Shown piece after piece: positions 1 through 11,485 of a stretch of 64,000 bases of DNA; the stretch's first letter is position 1; each line of letters opens with the position of its first letter. The notes below the pieces were generated by a model. That model had not been told where the DNA came from. It saw only the letters and a program-made list of their open reading frames with translations, and ran no database searches. A program made the translations under genes and the position numbers. Origin of the DNA: Epithemia pelagica. Its lineage: Eukaryota; Protista; Bacillariophyta. The stretch covers positions 2,852,001-2,916,000 of the forward strand of contig OX337229.1 of NCBI GenBank assembly GCA_946965045.2, given 5' to 3'.

Positions 1-2392
1 CGCGTTCCGTCTCCTGTAGGGATGTTTCCATGCGTGCAAAGTCGAGACATATTTGGGCAGCCTCTTGATCTTTTAAAACATCGATCGCCTCATGGAAGAT
101 ATCCCGAGTGGCCACGGCACCAAGGTACATGGTGGTTTTGGCAATGAAGAGTCTGTAAGCAACCAATTTTTCGGACTTGGTCAATTTCCGACACATTGCC
201 TGGTAAACGGACAAGGCCCGCTTCGCTAGACTGTATGCTTCTTCGAACTCCCCGTTCATTAGAAAGAACTCCGCACTATCTTCAGCTGGACAATCGTAAA
301 GACATCTTTGAAACAAGTCCCTTGTTCTCTCAACCTTGCTTCCCTTATACCGATTCGTGAACGATGTCAAGTATGCTTTCCATAATACTTTGGCACCCAC
401 GTGTGGAAAGGCGAATAGCTCAATCCCTTTCTCGTATGCGGCAAAGGATTCTTCAAAATACTGTCGATCGGTCAAAAAGGACGCAAAATTCAATACATGC
501 TGTACAGTCGCCGCCTTGATTTCCATAACTCGCCGATAAGCGTCTTTGGAGGTTTGTACGGTTCCCAGGCTTTCCTCTAAATCTAATAACAAATCCCACA
601 ACCGAACAGACTTCGTCAGGTTCAGCTTTTTCGGGCCCACACCTGGAGCGACGGACTGTCGTGCCAAGGACAAAGCTTCATCCCATTCTTCCTGTCGCAA
701 GGTCAACTCTATCCATGCCGCCCAGCATTCTGCCAAGCCGTCAGGTTTGGCAAAATTGTATTCAAGCTTCCGACATATGCGGTCAAACAAATTTTGAGCC
801 TTTTCTACATCACTCGAGGATTCTTCATATATGAGTGCCAACTTCAACACCATTTCGTAAGGTCGACCATTCACACAGCGATGAGCACTTTTTGAAGTAG
901 TCTGTAATGCATCTTCAAGTGCATTGGCTGCTTGTACTGGGAGGTCCAATTCTAAATAGAGGTCTGCTCTTTGCAGCCAATCACCGACACTCAGGGGATT
1001 TTGACGTAACACAACAGCATTGAGCAGCAGGGCTCGACGACTCGTTAAATGTTCCGCTCTTGCCAGAGCCAACTCCATATCGGAAACTTTGCTACTAGCT
1101 GCGTCACCCAACAGAATGTCCATATCATCGACATGCTCGGCACCCCCCTCCGTGCCATTGCCGTCCCCTTCGGCTTGTTCCAGCGCCAATGTGGCGGCCT
1201 CTAACAAACCCTCTTCAAATTCCAGATAGGCGTCATAAAGAACGGAAAAATCTCGGACAGTTTTTACAGTATGCAAGCCTTCTTCATAGACACTTCGAGC
1301 GATGTCGAATGATCCTCGTCGAATCCAGGAATCCGCGAGCTGTGTCCATAAGATTCCTTCCAACAGTGACGAGGAGGATGCCGTGGCAGAAGTGGCTGCA
1401 TCCTCCTTTTGACGCTCACGTCTAAGGACCGCACGAAGGATGGGTTCCCAAGTGACACCTGATTCCTCAACTTGTTCGGGATGTTGCGTGCACAATTCCG
1501 AAAAGGCTTGCCAATAGGCATCTCTTGTGTCCGAGGAGGACGCATCGGTAGTGTTGGAGGTGGCGGCAGTCGTCAAATTCAGCAGTTGCTGGTATTGTAC
1601 TGCCGCCTCTCCCCATTTCTCGTGACGAATCAAAAACTCGGCAAAATCACTTTTGTACAATGGATTGAATTGACAATAACTTCGCAGTACACGAACGCGA
1701 GATTCCAATGGTATCACCCATCTTGGTTCCTGCCTCGAGGCTTTGGTGGCCGCTGCCGTTATCAAGGACGATGGTCCTTGGTCCGTTGATTCTTGTAAAG
1801 ATGAGTCAGACTGTTGTGGTTCATCAGGTGAATGAATCCATTCTAAAATAGAGGGCCAAATCTTTTCGTGTTGCGTCACGGCCAAGGATTCCAACGCTCG
1901 GTTGATGCTTCGTCGGACCGTGGACAAGGATAAACAGCCAGGATGAGATTGGACAAAGGTAAAATAGGCAATCCAGACTCGTGGATATGCCGAAAGCGTC
2001 CATAGACAGCGTTCAAAACAATCCAAAACGGTTTGCTCGCTGAAGATGTGTGGGTGCTTGCCATGGCCATGAACAATAAATTCCCAGTGATGTTTCCACA
2101 ATTTGTATGAGCGAGGCATCAAGGCCACGGATCGGCGACCCATCCAATCGCGAATCTTGTAAAGTGATACTACCGAGTATTTTCGTTTTGTTGATGTAGA
2201 TCCTCGAGACGACGATGCTTTCTCTTGATTGTCCTCTTCAATCAGACTATCGATCGATTCTATACAACGAAGCCATGCCGGAACATCAAATGGGTGTTGC
2301 TTCAAATAATTTTCATGCTGTGATAGTTCTGATGACTCTTCAATCAACTTAACGCATATATCTTCCTCTTCTGCTGTAGTGTGGCTGGACAT
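1..2392 (-). CDS. SYF1: Pre-mRNA splicing factor SYF1/XAB2 (HAT/TPR repeats), 3'-partial, runs off the left edge
   Basis: Not in the ORF track because there is no stop in the window. Manual minus-strand translation from ATG 2392 gives one frame: MSSHTTAEEEDICVKL..HENYLKQHPFDVPAWLRCI..ALMPRSYKLWK..VRRSINRALESLAVTQHEKIW..LARAEHLTSRRALLLNAVVLRQNP..SVRLWDLLLDLEESLGTVQ..NFASFL..YFEESFAAYEKGIELF. These are SYF1 signature blocks. Frame checked at 2392, 1918 and 1198. Confidence 0.9.
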   Translation of the reverse strand, partial: MSSHTTAEEEDICVKLIEESSELSQHENYLKQHPFDVPAWLRCIESIDSLIEEDNQEKASSSRGSTSTKRKYSVVSLYKIRDWMGRRSVALMPRSYKLWKHHWEFIVHGHGKHPHIFSEQTVLDCFERCLWTLSAYPRVWIAYFTFVQSHPGCLSLSTVRRSINRALESLAVTQHEKIWPSILEWIHSPDEPQQSDSSLQESTDQGPSSLITAAATKASRQEPRWVIPLESRVRVLRSYCQFNPLYKSDFAEFLIRHEKWGEAAVQYQQLLNLTTAATSNTTDASSSDTRDAYWQAFSELCTQHPEQVEESGVTWEPILRAVLRRERQKEDAATSATASSSSLLEGILWTQLADSWIRRGSFDIARSVYEEGLHTVKTVRDFSVLYDAYLEFEEGLLEAATLALEQAEGDGNGTEGGAEHVDDMDILLGDAASSKVSDMELALARAEHLTSRRALLLNAVVLRQNPLSVGDWLQRADLYLELDLPVQAANALEDALQTTSKSAHRCVNGRPYEMVLKLALIYEESSSDVEKAQNLFDRICRKLEYNFAKPDGLAECWAAWIELTLRQEEWDEALSLARQSVAPGVGPKKLNLTKSVRLWDLLLDLEESLGTVQTSKDAYRRVMEIKAATVQHVLNFASFLTDRQYFEESFAAYEKGIELFAFPHVGAKVLWKAYLTSFTNRYKGSKVERTRDLFQRCLYDCPAEDSAEFFLMNGEFEEAYSLAKRALSVYQAMCRKLTKSEKLVAYRLFIAKTTMYLGAVATRDIFHEAIDVLKDQEAAQICLDFARMETSLQETER

Positions 2393-2955
2393 CGTACTAT
2401 ATTTTCTTCGGCGGCATCTGGCCAAATGAATGGACCATTGCAAACGATCATCAGAAATGTGTTTTGTATCCACTGAACATAATCCACAACAAAAACATAA
2501 ACGTAACGTTTTTCGGTAATGATATGATTTATTTTCGAGAAAGTTTGATTTTGCGAAGAAGACTCTGTTGGCATTTTGTACTCTTTACTTCACTCCACAC
2601 GTGCATGTTCCTCGACTGACGTCATTTGACGGCGTGGGAACGTGCGGGCGGCCGACCGTTCATTTTCTTTTCCTGTTTGGAGGGTGAGAACGTGTTGACC
2701 GTGACAACCGACCAAGAACAAATCTCGGGAAGATTGTGATGCAGTTCCCCCTCACTTTTCTCGTTACCACTGTCCATTGTTTGAAGCAAAGATATCTCAC
2801 GTCCCTGGAGCTCCTATTTGACATCTACCCAACCAAGCTCCAGCTCATTCATTGGATTTAATTGCATTGTGAAGCAGAAAACGTCCTTCTCGTAGACCTG
2901 CTGTAGCGTTTAGCGTTTGACTTGTTACCTAGAGAGGTTGAAAGTGCTTGGGAAA

Positions 2956-5900
2956 ATGAGCGAGGATCAACCTGTGAAACAGTACCCTCGAAAGAAGTTT
3001 GCGTACGACGATTTACCTCCCACACCCACAAAGGAGCCTCCGCTACCGTTGTGGTCGGATGCCGCCAGGGATCATGTGCCGAATCCGTACAAGAACAGCG
3101 CTTTGACGGCTCCTCGAATCCAAGCAATTCGTGATAAGAGCACCTTGTCGGCGGAGAAGCGTGCCAAGATCGATTACGAACAAGCAGCCGATCTCTATCC
3201 CGCTTCCTTTCCTCATTTTGTGAGAGGACGCGACAGCCTTCGTAGCTACATTACGGAATGGTTCAGCACTTCAATCGCCATTTACGATGGTGCCATGGGG
3301 ACTATGATTCAAAACTATTCCAAAAAGAACAAGCTTGAAGAGGAAGAGTATCGTGGAGAGAAGTTTAAGGACTGGAAATGCAACGTCAAGGGAAACAATG
3401 ACATGCTTAGTATTACTCAGCCTGAAATCATTGCTGGAATATATAAACAGTACTTGGAAGAAGGGGGATCCAACATCATTGGAACCAACACATTTTCGTC
3501 TACGACCATTGCCATGGCCGACTACGAAATGGAAGACTATGTCTATGAATTGAATTACGAAGGCGCTCGACTTGCTCGCGATGCATGCGATGAAGTCACT
3601 GCTCGTGATCCCACCAAACCCCGGTTTGTGGTAGGTGCTATTGGTCCCACCAACCGAACCGCATCCATTTCACCCTCTGTGGAGGATCCTTCGGCACGCA
3701 ATGTTACCTTTGACGAACTTGTTGAAACGTACTTTGAACAAGTGGTTGGACTTGTTGATGGTGGTTCCGATATCCTCATGGTCGAAACTGTTTTTGACAC
3801 TTTGAATGCCAAAGCAGCGTTGTATGCGATTCAGGAGTTTCTCGAGTTGAGTGGACTTGACATTCCTATTTTCATCTCCGGTACCTTGGTCGACCAGTCC
3901 GGTCGTACCTTGTCTGGTCAGACGGGGGAAGCCTTTTATGCTTCTATTCGTCACACGAAACCAATGTGCGTCGGTATCAACTGCGCCCTGGGTGCCAAAC
4001 ACATGGTACCATTTGTGGACCGTGTGTCAAAGGCGGCTGAGTGTTTTGTGCTTGTGTATTCTAATGCTGGTCTTCCCAACGTCATGGGAGGATATGATGA
4101 TACTCCCGAAGACATGGCCACTGACAATGAAGTTTTCTTCAAGAATGGCTGGATTAACTTGGTGGGAGGTTGCTGTGGTTCTACTCCTCCCCATATCAAG
4201 GCTATCCGCGAGATGGCGGCCAAGTACCCACCTAGGAAACTGCCCGATACAACACGTCCTAAGATGTGGCTGTCAGGTCTTGAAGATCTGAAGGTTGAAG
4301 ATGTGCACAATCATCTTGGACTTCCCTTCCTGAATGTAGGGGAGCGCTGTAACATTGCAGGGTCAATCAAATTCAAGAAACTCATGATGGCAGGTGATTA
4401 TGGGTCAGCCATGGACATCGCAAAGAAACAAGTAGTAGATGGTGCTCATGTCATTGATATCAATGTGGACGATGGTCTTTTGGATGGACTAGCTGCCATG
4501 CAAAAGTTTGTCAAGATTGCCGTGACTGAACCAGAAGTGTCGAAGGCCCCTTTTATGTTGGATGCATCCAAGTTTGAGATTGTATTGGCTGGTCTTAAGT
4601 GGTGCCAGGGCAAGTGTATTGTGAACTCGATTTCCCTCAAGGTTGGAGAGGAATTGTTTATTGAACATGCGACTTTGTTGAGGAAGCATGGGGCAGCTGT
4701 GGTAGTGATGGCGTTTGATGAAAAGGGTCAAGCGGCGACGGAAGAGGACAAGGTTCGTATTTGCAAGCGTTCATATGATATTTTGGTCGAGAAGGTTCGC
4801 TTCCCTCCTGAAGATATTATCTTTGATCCCAATGTGTTGACCATTGGAACGGGACTCGAGGAACACGCGAATTATGGGGTTGACTTCATCAACGCAACGA
4901 AGCGCATCAAGGAGGAATGTCCGTACGTGAAGATTAGTGGAGGAATTTCGAACCTTTCTTTCGGCTTCCGTGGTGTGACAAAGATTCGTGAATCGATCCA
5001 TGGCGTTTTCTTGCACTACGCAATTTTGGACTCGGGCATGGATGTGGGCATTGTAAACTCGAAAGAGTTGTTGGCCTTGGGTGACATTGAACCGGATCTA
5101 CGTGAATTATGCGAAAACTTGGTGTTCAACAAGACACCCGAAGCAACAGATGAAATGCTAGAACGGACTGCTTACGAACGAGCTGTGATTGATGCGCGCA
5201 AGAAAGGTCTCCCACCGCCTCGAAAGCCACGAGGAAAAATGCGGAAACTTCCTCGCCTTGCTTTTGAATACGATGAGGTTGCACCGACACCCTCCGCTGA
5301 GCCTCCCCTCCCTGTGTCGGATGCGGCTCGGAATCATGTCCCCAACCCGTACAAGAATAGCGCGATCACTCACGAGAAAATTAAAGCTATCCGCGAGAAA
5401 AGTACTCTCCCAGCCGCCAAGCGGGACCTGATCGATTATGAACAGCCGTCCGACAAGTACCCCGAATCATATCCTTACTTCGTTCGAGGTAGGGACAGTC
5501 TTCGGAAATATATTACTCAGCTTTTCAGCACTCGAATTGCGCTGTACGATGGTGCGATGGGTACAATGATTCAAAACTATGCGAAAAAAAATAGGCTGGA
5601 AGAAGAAGAATTTCGTGGAGAGAGATTCAAGGACTGGACATGCAATGTCAAGGGAAACAATGATATGTTGAGTATCACCCAGCCCCAAATCATTCAAGAT
5701 ATCTATCGCCAATATCTCGTGGAAGGAGGATCTGACTTAATCGGGACAAATACGTTTTCTTCCACGACGATCGCAATGGGCGACTACGAAATGGAGCCAT
5801 ATGCATACGAGCTAAACTACGAAGGCGCAAGATTAGCCCGAGAGGTATGCGACGAGTTGACGGAGCAGGACCCCACCAGGCCTCGATTCGTTGTTGGTGC

Positions 5901-8900
5901 CATTGGTCCGACTAACCGCACTGCTTCAATCTCACCTTCTGTGGAAGACCCATCCGCTCGCAATGTGACATTCGATGAACTTGTCGACACTTATTTTGAA
6001 GAGGTTGTTGGACTTGTTGACGGGGGATCCGATATCCTCATGGTGGAAACAATCTTTGATACATTGAATGCCAAAGCAGCGTTGTATGCAATCGACGAGT
6101 TTTTAGACTTCAGCGGGCTCGATATCCCTGTATTTGTGTCAGGAACACTTGTCGATCAGTCTGGACGTACGCTTTCTGGCCAAACGGGTGAAGCGTTTTA
6201 TGCCTCGATTCGACACTCTAGGCCCATGTGTGTTGGAATCAACTGCGCCCTAGGTGCCAAACACATGGTACCGTTCGTTAAACGTATGTCCGACGCAGCT
6301 GAATGCTTCGTGCTTGTTTACGCAAACGCAGGTCTCCCAAATGTAATGGGAGGATACGATGACACCCCTGAAATCATGGCTGAGGACAACAAAGTTTTCT
6401 TCGAAAACGGGTGGATTAACTTGGTGGGAGGTTGCTGTGGTTCTACTCCTGCCCATATCAAGGCTATCCGCGAGATTGCGGGAAAATTCAAACCAAGGCA
6501 ACTGCCCGATACAACACGTCCCAAGATGTGGCTGTCAGGTCTTGAAGATCTGAAGGTTGAAGATGTGCACAATCATCTTGGACTTCCCTTCCTGAATGTA
6601 GGGGAGCGCTGTAACATTGCAGGGTCAATCAAATTCAAGAAACTCATGATGGCAGGTGATTATGGGTCAGCCATGGACATCGCAGGGAAACAAGTAGAAG
6701 ATGGTGCTCATGTCATTGATATCAATGTGGACGATGGTCTTTTGGATGGACTAGCTGCCATGCAAAAGTTTGTCAAGATTGCCGTGACTGAACCAGAAGT
6801 GTCGAAGGCCCCTTTTATGTTGGATGCATCCAAGTTTGAGATTGTATTGGCTGGTCTTAAGTGGTGCCAGGGCAAGTGTATTGTGAACTCGATTTCCCTC
6901 AAGGTTGGAGAGGAATTGTTTATTGAACATGCGACTTTGTTGAGGAAGCATGGGGCAGCTGTGGTAGTGATGGCGTTTGATGAAAAGGGTCAAGCGGCGA
7001 CGGAAGAGGACAAGGTTCGTATTTGCAAGCGTTCATATGATATTTTGGTCGAGAAGGTTCGCTTCCCTCCTGAAGATATTATCTTTGATCCCAATGTGTT
7101 GACCATTGGAACGGGACTCGAGGAACACGCGAATTATGGGGTTGACTTCATCAACGCAACGAAGCGCATCAAGGAGGAATGTCCGTACGTGAAGATTAGT
7201 GGAGGAATTTCGAACCTTTCTTTCGGCTTCCGCGGGGTCATGAAGATTCGTGAATCCATTCATGCTGTATTCTTGCATCATGCCATTTTGGAGTCTGGAA
7301 TGGACGTAGGAATTGTCAATGCAAAGGAGATGTTGGCAATTGACGAAGTTGAGTCTGAGCTCAGGGAAGCCGCAGATTCCCTCATTTTCAACAAGAGTGC
7401 CGAGGCAACCGAAGTCATGTTAGAACTGACTAGAAAGGAGAAAGAAGCAATAGAGGCCCGGAAGAAAGGTGGCGGTTCAACTGAGGTTAAGAAGACGTCT
7501 TGGCGCGACCTTGAGCCAAAGATAAGGCTAGAACATGCTCTGGTTAACGGGATTTCTGAGTATGTCGATTGTGATGTTGAAGAGGCACGTCAAAATGTTT
7601 CACGTCCCCTTGAAGTCATTGAAGGTCCTCTTATGGACGGAATGAATGTGGTTGGTGATCTATTTGGTGCTGGTAAAATGTTCTTGCCGCAGGTGATCAA
7701 ATCAGCTCGCGTTATGAAGAAGGCCGTTGCCTATTTGCTGCCGTTCATGGAGAAAGAGAAGCGAGAGAAAATGATTGCAGAGGATAAGAATCCTGAGGAC
7801 TTTGATGAGAACGACGAGTCCAACTTTGCTGGAAAGGTCCTCATGGCGACAGTGAAAGGTGATGTTCACGACATTGGAAAGAACATTGTGGCCGTCGTAC
7901 TTGGTTGCAACAACTTCAAGGTGTATGACATCGGAGTGATGTGTTCGTGCGAACTGATCCTTGAAAAAGCCAAAGAGTACAACGTAGACGTAATCGGTTT
8001 GTCAGGACTCATTACCCCTTCGCTTGACGAGATGGTTGTGGTAGCAAAGGAGCTGTCAAAGGGCGGTTTCAAGCAACCCCTCTTAATCGGAGGGGCCACA
8101 ACATCAAAGATGCACACAGCTGTGAAGATTGCTCCGAATTTCACTACCCTGGAACATCCTGTCATCCATGTGTTGGATGCCTCGAGATCTGTTACTGTCG
8201 TTTCTTCATTGCTCGGTGAAGGCAAGACTGACTTTGTAGAGGAAATTATGGAAGAGTACGAAGAGATGAGGGAAGATTACTATGCTGGATTGGAAGACCG
8301 CTATTTCCTCACCCACGAAAAGGCGAAGGAGCAGAAGCTTTCAATCAATTTTGACGAGTCCCCACCTCCCAGCACTCCGAAGAAGATGGGAGTTACACTC
8401 ATTGACTCTGTGTCCATCGAGGACATCGTGCCGTACATCGACTGGGTAAGTACAGAAGGGACCATTGGGCAGTATGTTTTAGATTCGGTTTTGATAGCAC
8501 TAACATTGTGTTTTCGTGTGAAGAATCCATTCTTCCAAACTTGGGAGCTTCGTGGGCGCTACCCCAATAGAGGATACCCTAAGATTTTCAACGACGAAAC
8601 AGTGGGAACTGAAGCCAAGAAACTTTTTGACGACGCACAGAAAATGATGAAGCAAATCATCGCAGACAAGAGCATGTGGTTGAAAGGGGTGGTTGGCCTC
8701 TTTGCGGCCAACAGAAGTGAAGATGGAGAGGATGTTCACATTTACGAGAACGAAGAAGATAGAGCTGCAGGCAAGGTCTGGAAGACATTCTGTATGCTTC
8801 GACAACAGGCAGAGAAAGAGTCTGAGGACCCCTATCTGTCTTTGGCTGACTTTGTGGCTCCAGCTGGTTACAATGATCACTTGGGAATGTTCGCTGTGGC

Positions 8901-9390
8901 TTCTTTTGGTTGCGATGCTCTGGTGAAGAAGTACGAAGCTGAGCACGACGATTATTCGAAGATTATGGCACAGGCTTTGGCGGACCGCTTTGTGGAAGCT
9001 TTTGCGGAGTACCTTCACCGCGAAATCCGGATTTCCTTGTGGGGTTACGCACCTGACGAACAGCTCAACGAAGAAGATCTTCTTAAGATCAAATACGACG
9101 GTATCCGTCCTGCTCCTGGTTATCCGTCGCAACCAGACCACACTGAGAAAAGTACCATGTGGAGTGCAATCCAAGCCAAGGAACTTGCAGGGATTGAACT
9201 CTCGGAGTCCTTGAGTATGATGCCTGCAAGTTCTGTCTCAGCTCTTGTGTTCGCCCATCCTCAGTCGGAGTATTTTGCTGTTGGCCAGGTTGGCAAAGAC
9301 CAGGTTGACAATTATGCAGAGCGTAAGAAGATGGAAATCTCTCTTTGCGAAAGATGGCTCTCTCCTATCCTGAATTATGAGAGAGACTAG
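2956..9390 (+). CDS. METH: Cobalamin-dependent methionine synthase with a duplicated Hcy+pterin module; one in-frame intron at 8446-8523; about 2118 aa
   Basis: YDGAMGT, GINCALG, GGCCG, NVGERCN and [10 protein letters not shown] motifs each occur twice, followed by a single B12 cap (GPLMDGM), B12-binding domain ([18 protein letters not shown]) and activation domain ([14 protein letters not shown]). The track start at 2917 is TTG; the first ATG is 2956. The insert VSTEG...CFRVK between DW and NPFF is bounded by gtaagt...gaag (78 nt). Confidence 0.97.
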   Translation: MSEDQPVKQYPRKKFAYDDLPPTPTKEPPLPLWSDAARDHVPNPYKNSALTAPRIQAIRDKSTLSAEKRAKIDYEQAADLYPASFPHFVRGRDSLRSYITEWFSTSIAIYDGAMGTMIQNYSKKNKLEEEEYRGEKFKDWKCNVKGNNDMLSITQPEIIAGIYKQYLEEGGSNIIGTNTFSSTTIAMADYEMEDYVYELNYEGARLARDACDEVTARDPTKPRFVVGAIGPTNRTASISPSVEDPSARNVTFDELVETYFEQVVGLVDGGSDILMVETVFDTLNAKAALYAIQEFLELSGLDIPIFISGTLVDQSGRTLSGQTGEAFYASIRHTKPMCVGINCALGAKHMVPFVDRVSKAAECFVLVYSNAGLPNVMGGYDDTPEDMATDNEVFFKNGWINLVGGCCGSTPPHIKAIREMAAKYPPRKLPDTTRPKMWLSGLEDLKVEDVHNHLGLPFLNVGERCNIAGSIKFKKLMMAGDYGSAMDIAKKQVVDGAHVIDINVDDGLLDGLAAMQKFVKIAVTEPEVSKAPFMLDASKFEIVLAGLKWCQGKCIVNSISLKVGEELFIEHATLLRKHGAAVVVMAFDEKGQAATEEDKVRICKRSYDILVEKVRFPPEDIIFDPNVLTIGTGLEEHANYGVDFINATKRIKEECPYVKISGGISNLSFGFRGVTKIRESIHGVFLHYAILDSGMDVGIVNSKELLALGDIEPDLRELCENLVFNKTPEATDEMLERTAYERAVIDARKKGLPPPRKPRGKMRKLPRLAFEYDEVAPTPSAEPPLPVSDAARNHVPNPYKNSAITHEKIKAIREKSTLPAAKRDLIDYEQPSDKYPESYPYFVRGRDSLRKYITQLFSTRIALYDGAMGTMIQNYAKKNRLEEEEFRGERFKDWTCNVKGNNDMLSITQPQIIQDIYRQYLVEGGSDLIGTNTFSSTTIAMGDYEMEPYAYELNYEGARLAREVCDELTEQDPTRPRFVVGAIGPTNRTASISPSVEDPSARNVTFDELVDTYFEEVVGLVDGGSDILMVETIFDTLNAKAALYAIDEFLDFSGLDIPVFVSGTLVDQSGRTLSGQTGEAFYASIRHSRPMCVGINCALGAKHMVPFVKRMSDAAECFVLVYANAGLPNVMGGYDDTPEIMAEDNKVFFENGWINLVGGCCGSTPAHIKAIREIAGKFKPRQLPDTTRPKMWLSGLEDLKVEDVHNHLGLPFLNVGERCNIAGSIKFKKLMMAGDYGSAMDIAGKQVEDGAHVIDINVDDGLLDGLAAMQKFVKIAVTEPEVSKAPFMLDASKFEIVLAGLKWCQGKCIVNSISLKVGEELFIEHATLLRKHGAAVVVMAFDEKGQAATEEDKVRICKRSYDILVEKVRFPPEDIIFDPNVLTIGTGLEEHANYGVDFINATKRIKEECPYVKISGGISNLSFGFRGVMKIRESIHAVFLHHAILESGMDVGIVNAKEMLAIDEVESELREAADSLIFNKSAEATEVMLELTRKEKEAIEARKKGGGSTEVKKTSWRDLEPKIRLEHALVNGISEYVDCDVEEARQNVSRPLEVIEGPLMDGMNVVGDLFGAGKMFLPQVIKSARVMKKAVAYLLPFMEKEKREKMIAEDKNPEDFDENDESNFAGKVLMATVKGDVHDIGKNIVAVVLGCNNFKVYDIGVMCSCELILEKAKEYNVDVIGLSGLITPSLDEMVVVAKELSKGGFKQPLLIGGATTSKMHTAVKIAPNFTTLEHPVIHVLDASRSVTVVSSLLGEGKTDFVEEIMEEYEEMREDYYAGLEDRYFLTHEKAKEQKLSINFDESPPPSTPKKMGVTLIDSVSIEDIVPYIDWVSTEGTIGQYVLDSVLIALTLCFRVKNPFFQTWELRGRYPNRGYPKIFNDETVGTEAKKLFDDAQKMMKQIIADKSMWLKGVVGLFAANRSEDGEDVHIYENEEDRAAGKVWKTFCMLRQQAEKESEDPYLSLADFVAPAGYNDHLGMFAVASFGCDALVKKYEAEHDDYSKIMAQALADRFVEAFAEYLHREIRISLWGYAPDEQLNEEDLLKIKYDGIRPAPGYPSQPDHTEKSTMWSAIQAKELAGIELSESLSMMPASSVSALVFAHPQSEYFAVGQVGKDQVDNYAERKKMEISLCERWLSPILNYERD

Positions 9391-10009
9391 TCACGCAGTG
9401 CAGACGACTGGAAAGAGGCAAGAGTCATTCTTACCACTTGGGTGGTAGCTTGAGCAACGTCGACAAGACACTATTGCGTAAAGAAAGATAACATTGAATG
9501 TCAATTGGAACTTTCCGACCCAAGTTCCCTGTCTGCAATTTTACTAGCTCTCTAGAATAGCTTGCTGTCAAAGAGGGATGGGGATCGAATAGAACAAGAC
9601 CAGAACAATACTAAATAGTAGTGCATGCACAGCAGACAGCAGATTGACTGACTATATTAGCAGAGCGGCCAAAGAAGATTAACACCATCTCCTACAACTA
9701 GGAGTACAACTCCTAACCACTAACCATGAATCTTTGCAAGAAATCCTAGAATTCGAGGTCTGTGTCTGTGCTTCCGAGCAGATGGTGGGAGAGAGTTGAC
9801 GGATGGCTTCTGCGAATGTTGTCAGAAGATCCGACACAAGAACGACATATTTTTGTAAATATTGTTGTCGTATGAGCAGCAATCCGGTTCTCCATATTTA
9901 AGCCGTCTCATGTTGCGACATCGACTTCGCTCCAAACGAGAACATGCAATCCCAACAGAACATCGTCCTCTCACAATCGCGAACACACCACATACATCAT
10001 GTTGAGGCT

Positions 10010-10444
10010 GACCCTTAAGCCTCTACGAAACGAAAGTTGAGAGCTGACACGTCATCATTTTACCTCTTATATCCGGGTATTCTTGCTTTTCAGCTTTCGG
10101 GGCTACGAAAGTTGGCGCCAACTTTCGTAGGCCAACGAAAGTAGAAGGCGTTTCAGATGTGCAAAGCGTTTAGACAATGTATGAATGTGAAGTTGTTCAT
10201 AACGCTCAAGAGTATTGATCGACTGGCGTTCAGCTCCAACGGTCGGTGCGTCCTGTGTACGTCACAATTCTATGAGAATTATTTTAGTACTCAATTTATT
10301 GAAGTGAAAATGGGGGGGGGAATGGGGGATGAATGGGGGAAAAGGCGCGGTTCTAGTTTTCGTTTCGCAGACGCGTAAGGAAGCAAAATCCCGCCAAAAC
10401 GAAATGTCAGCTCTCAACTTTCGTTTCGTAGAGGCTTAAGGGTC
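10010..10444. mobile_element. MITE-like non-autonomous DNA element, 435 bp
   Basis: Perfect 40-bp terminal inverted repeat GACCCTTAAGCCTCTACGAAACGAAAGTTGAGAGCTGACA (10010-10049 / 10405-10444), an internal 28-bp palindrome (10103-10130), repeated ACGAAAGT(T/A)G motif and no credible coding content. TSD not resolved. Confidence 0.75.
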
Positions 10445-10609
10445 GGCCTGATCTTCTTCGCACACACATCAAAATCCATAAAAAATCCGATGATGGGTGG
10501 TGGGGCAGGAAGCTGAATTAGGACGACGGATGTGACTCCTTCTTTCATAAAATTTTGGTTCGTGCATAGCGATTGGATAGCTTTCCCCCCACACGCAAAA
10601 CATTTTGCA

Positions 10610-11485
10610 ATGGGTATGATGGGTGGCAAATGGTTCGATTGGGGAAACCTGTCGATAAACAACCGCAAGTCTGCGACGACACAAGCAAGCCAAACAAAAA
10701 CTGTGTCCGATTACAGCCTGGATGCAGAACCGGACGATTATGAAATGAGCTCAGTCGTAGGCGTTGGTGATTCCGAATTTTTTGACACTCTTCAAAACCT
10801 GGCAGAATACGACGAGGAGGAAGATGGGTCTGACTTGGATCATGCTCACCACCACATCGACCCCAGTAAGAAGGAGGTGGATGAGAGTCTGGAAGCCTCG
10901 TTGATTGCAACGTCCAACTCACACAGTTCAGCCACCGTTTCGGCCCACCGGAAATTGGTACGATTTCATCGTATCGAGATTCGGGAATACGGAGTGACTC
11001 TTGGAGACCATCCCGGAACGCGAACGGGTCCTCCCGTGACAATTGAATGGCAACATCAAGCCGAGTTAGTGGTGGATGTGGATCAATACGAACGCATCTT
11101 TAGTGGTGTAGGTAGTAGCGCAAAGTTTCGGCGCCGGAAAGGTGAAGAACTGCGTATGCCGCCCGATGTCCGTGAACACATTCTTCTCGCCAGTCACGGT
11201 GGTGAGCAGGGTATGCAACAGGAAGCCGAACTGATGCTCCAGCAGCAACAAGAACAAGAAGGAAGAGTGGTGAGAAGTTGCCGGGCAAGTGCTATCCTTG
11301 TATTACGTCGACTCGGTGCCCGGTGCTTGTTGGGATTCATTTGCTGGAACGAACGTCTAGAAGAAGCATGGCAGTCGACAGTCCGAAAGTTCAAACGGTG
11401 GCGAAGACGTCGGAAAGGCGAAAGACCGGAACCGGCAGAATTGTGGATCGAAACCTGCATACCTACTGAGATCATCTTTTTCTAG
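10610..11485 (+). CDS. Hypothetical protein with a V-x-F...I-R-E-Y...LGDHP...GPP...W motif
   Basis: Track ORF 10532-11485; first ATG at 10610. Acidic N-terminal half, then LVRFHRIEIREYGVTLGDHPGTRTGPPVTIEW, a motif I recall from many uncharacterised diatom proteins. Confidence 0.7.
   Translation: MGMMGGKWFDWGNLSINNRKSATTQASQTKTVSDYSLDAEPDDYEMSSVVGVGDSEFFDTLQNLAEYDEEEDGSDLDHAHHHIDPSKKEVDESLEASLIATSNSHSSATVSAHRKLVRFHRIEIREYGVTLGDHPGTRTGPPVTIEWQHQAELVVDVDQYERIFSGVGSSAKFRRRKGEELRMPPDVREHILLASHGGEQGMQQEAELMLQQQQEQEGRVVRSCRASAILVLRRLGARCLLGFICWNERLEEAWQSTVRKFKRWRRRRKGERPEPAELWIETCIPTEIIFF

Noticed and set aside
2344-2574. 76-aa minus-strand ORF as the SYF1 N-terminus
   Set aside because: It is in a different frame from SYF1; the continuous SYF1 frame starts at ATG 2392.
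8500-9174. 224-aa minus-strand ORF and other short ORFs inside METH
   Set aside because: Antisense shadows. The duplicated identical ORFs at 4446/6708 and 4489/6751 only reflect the METH internal repeat.
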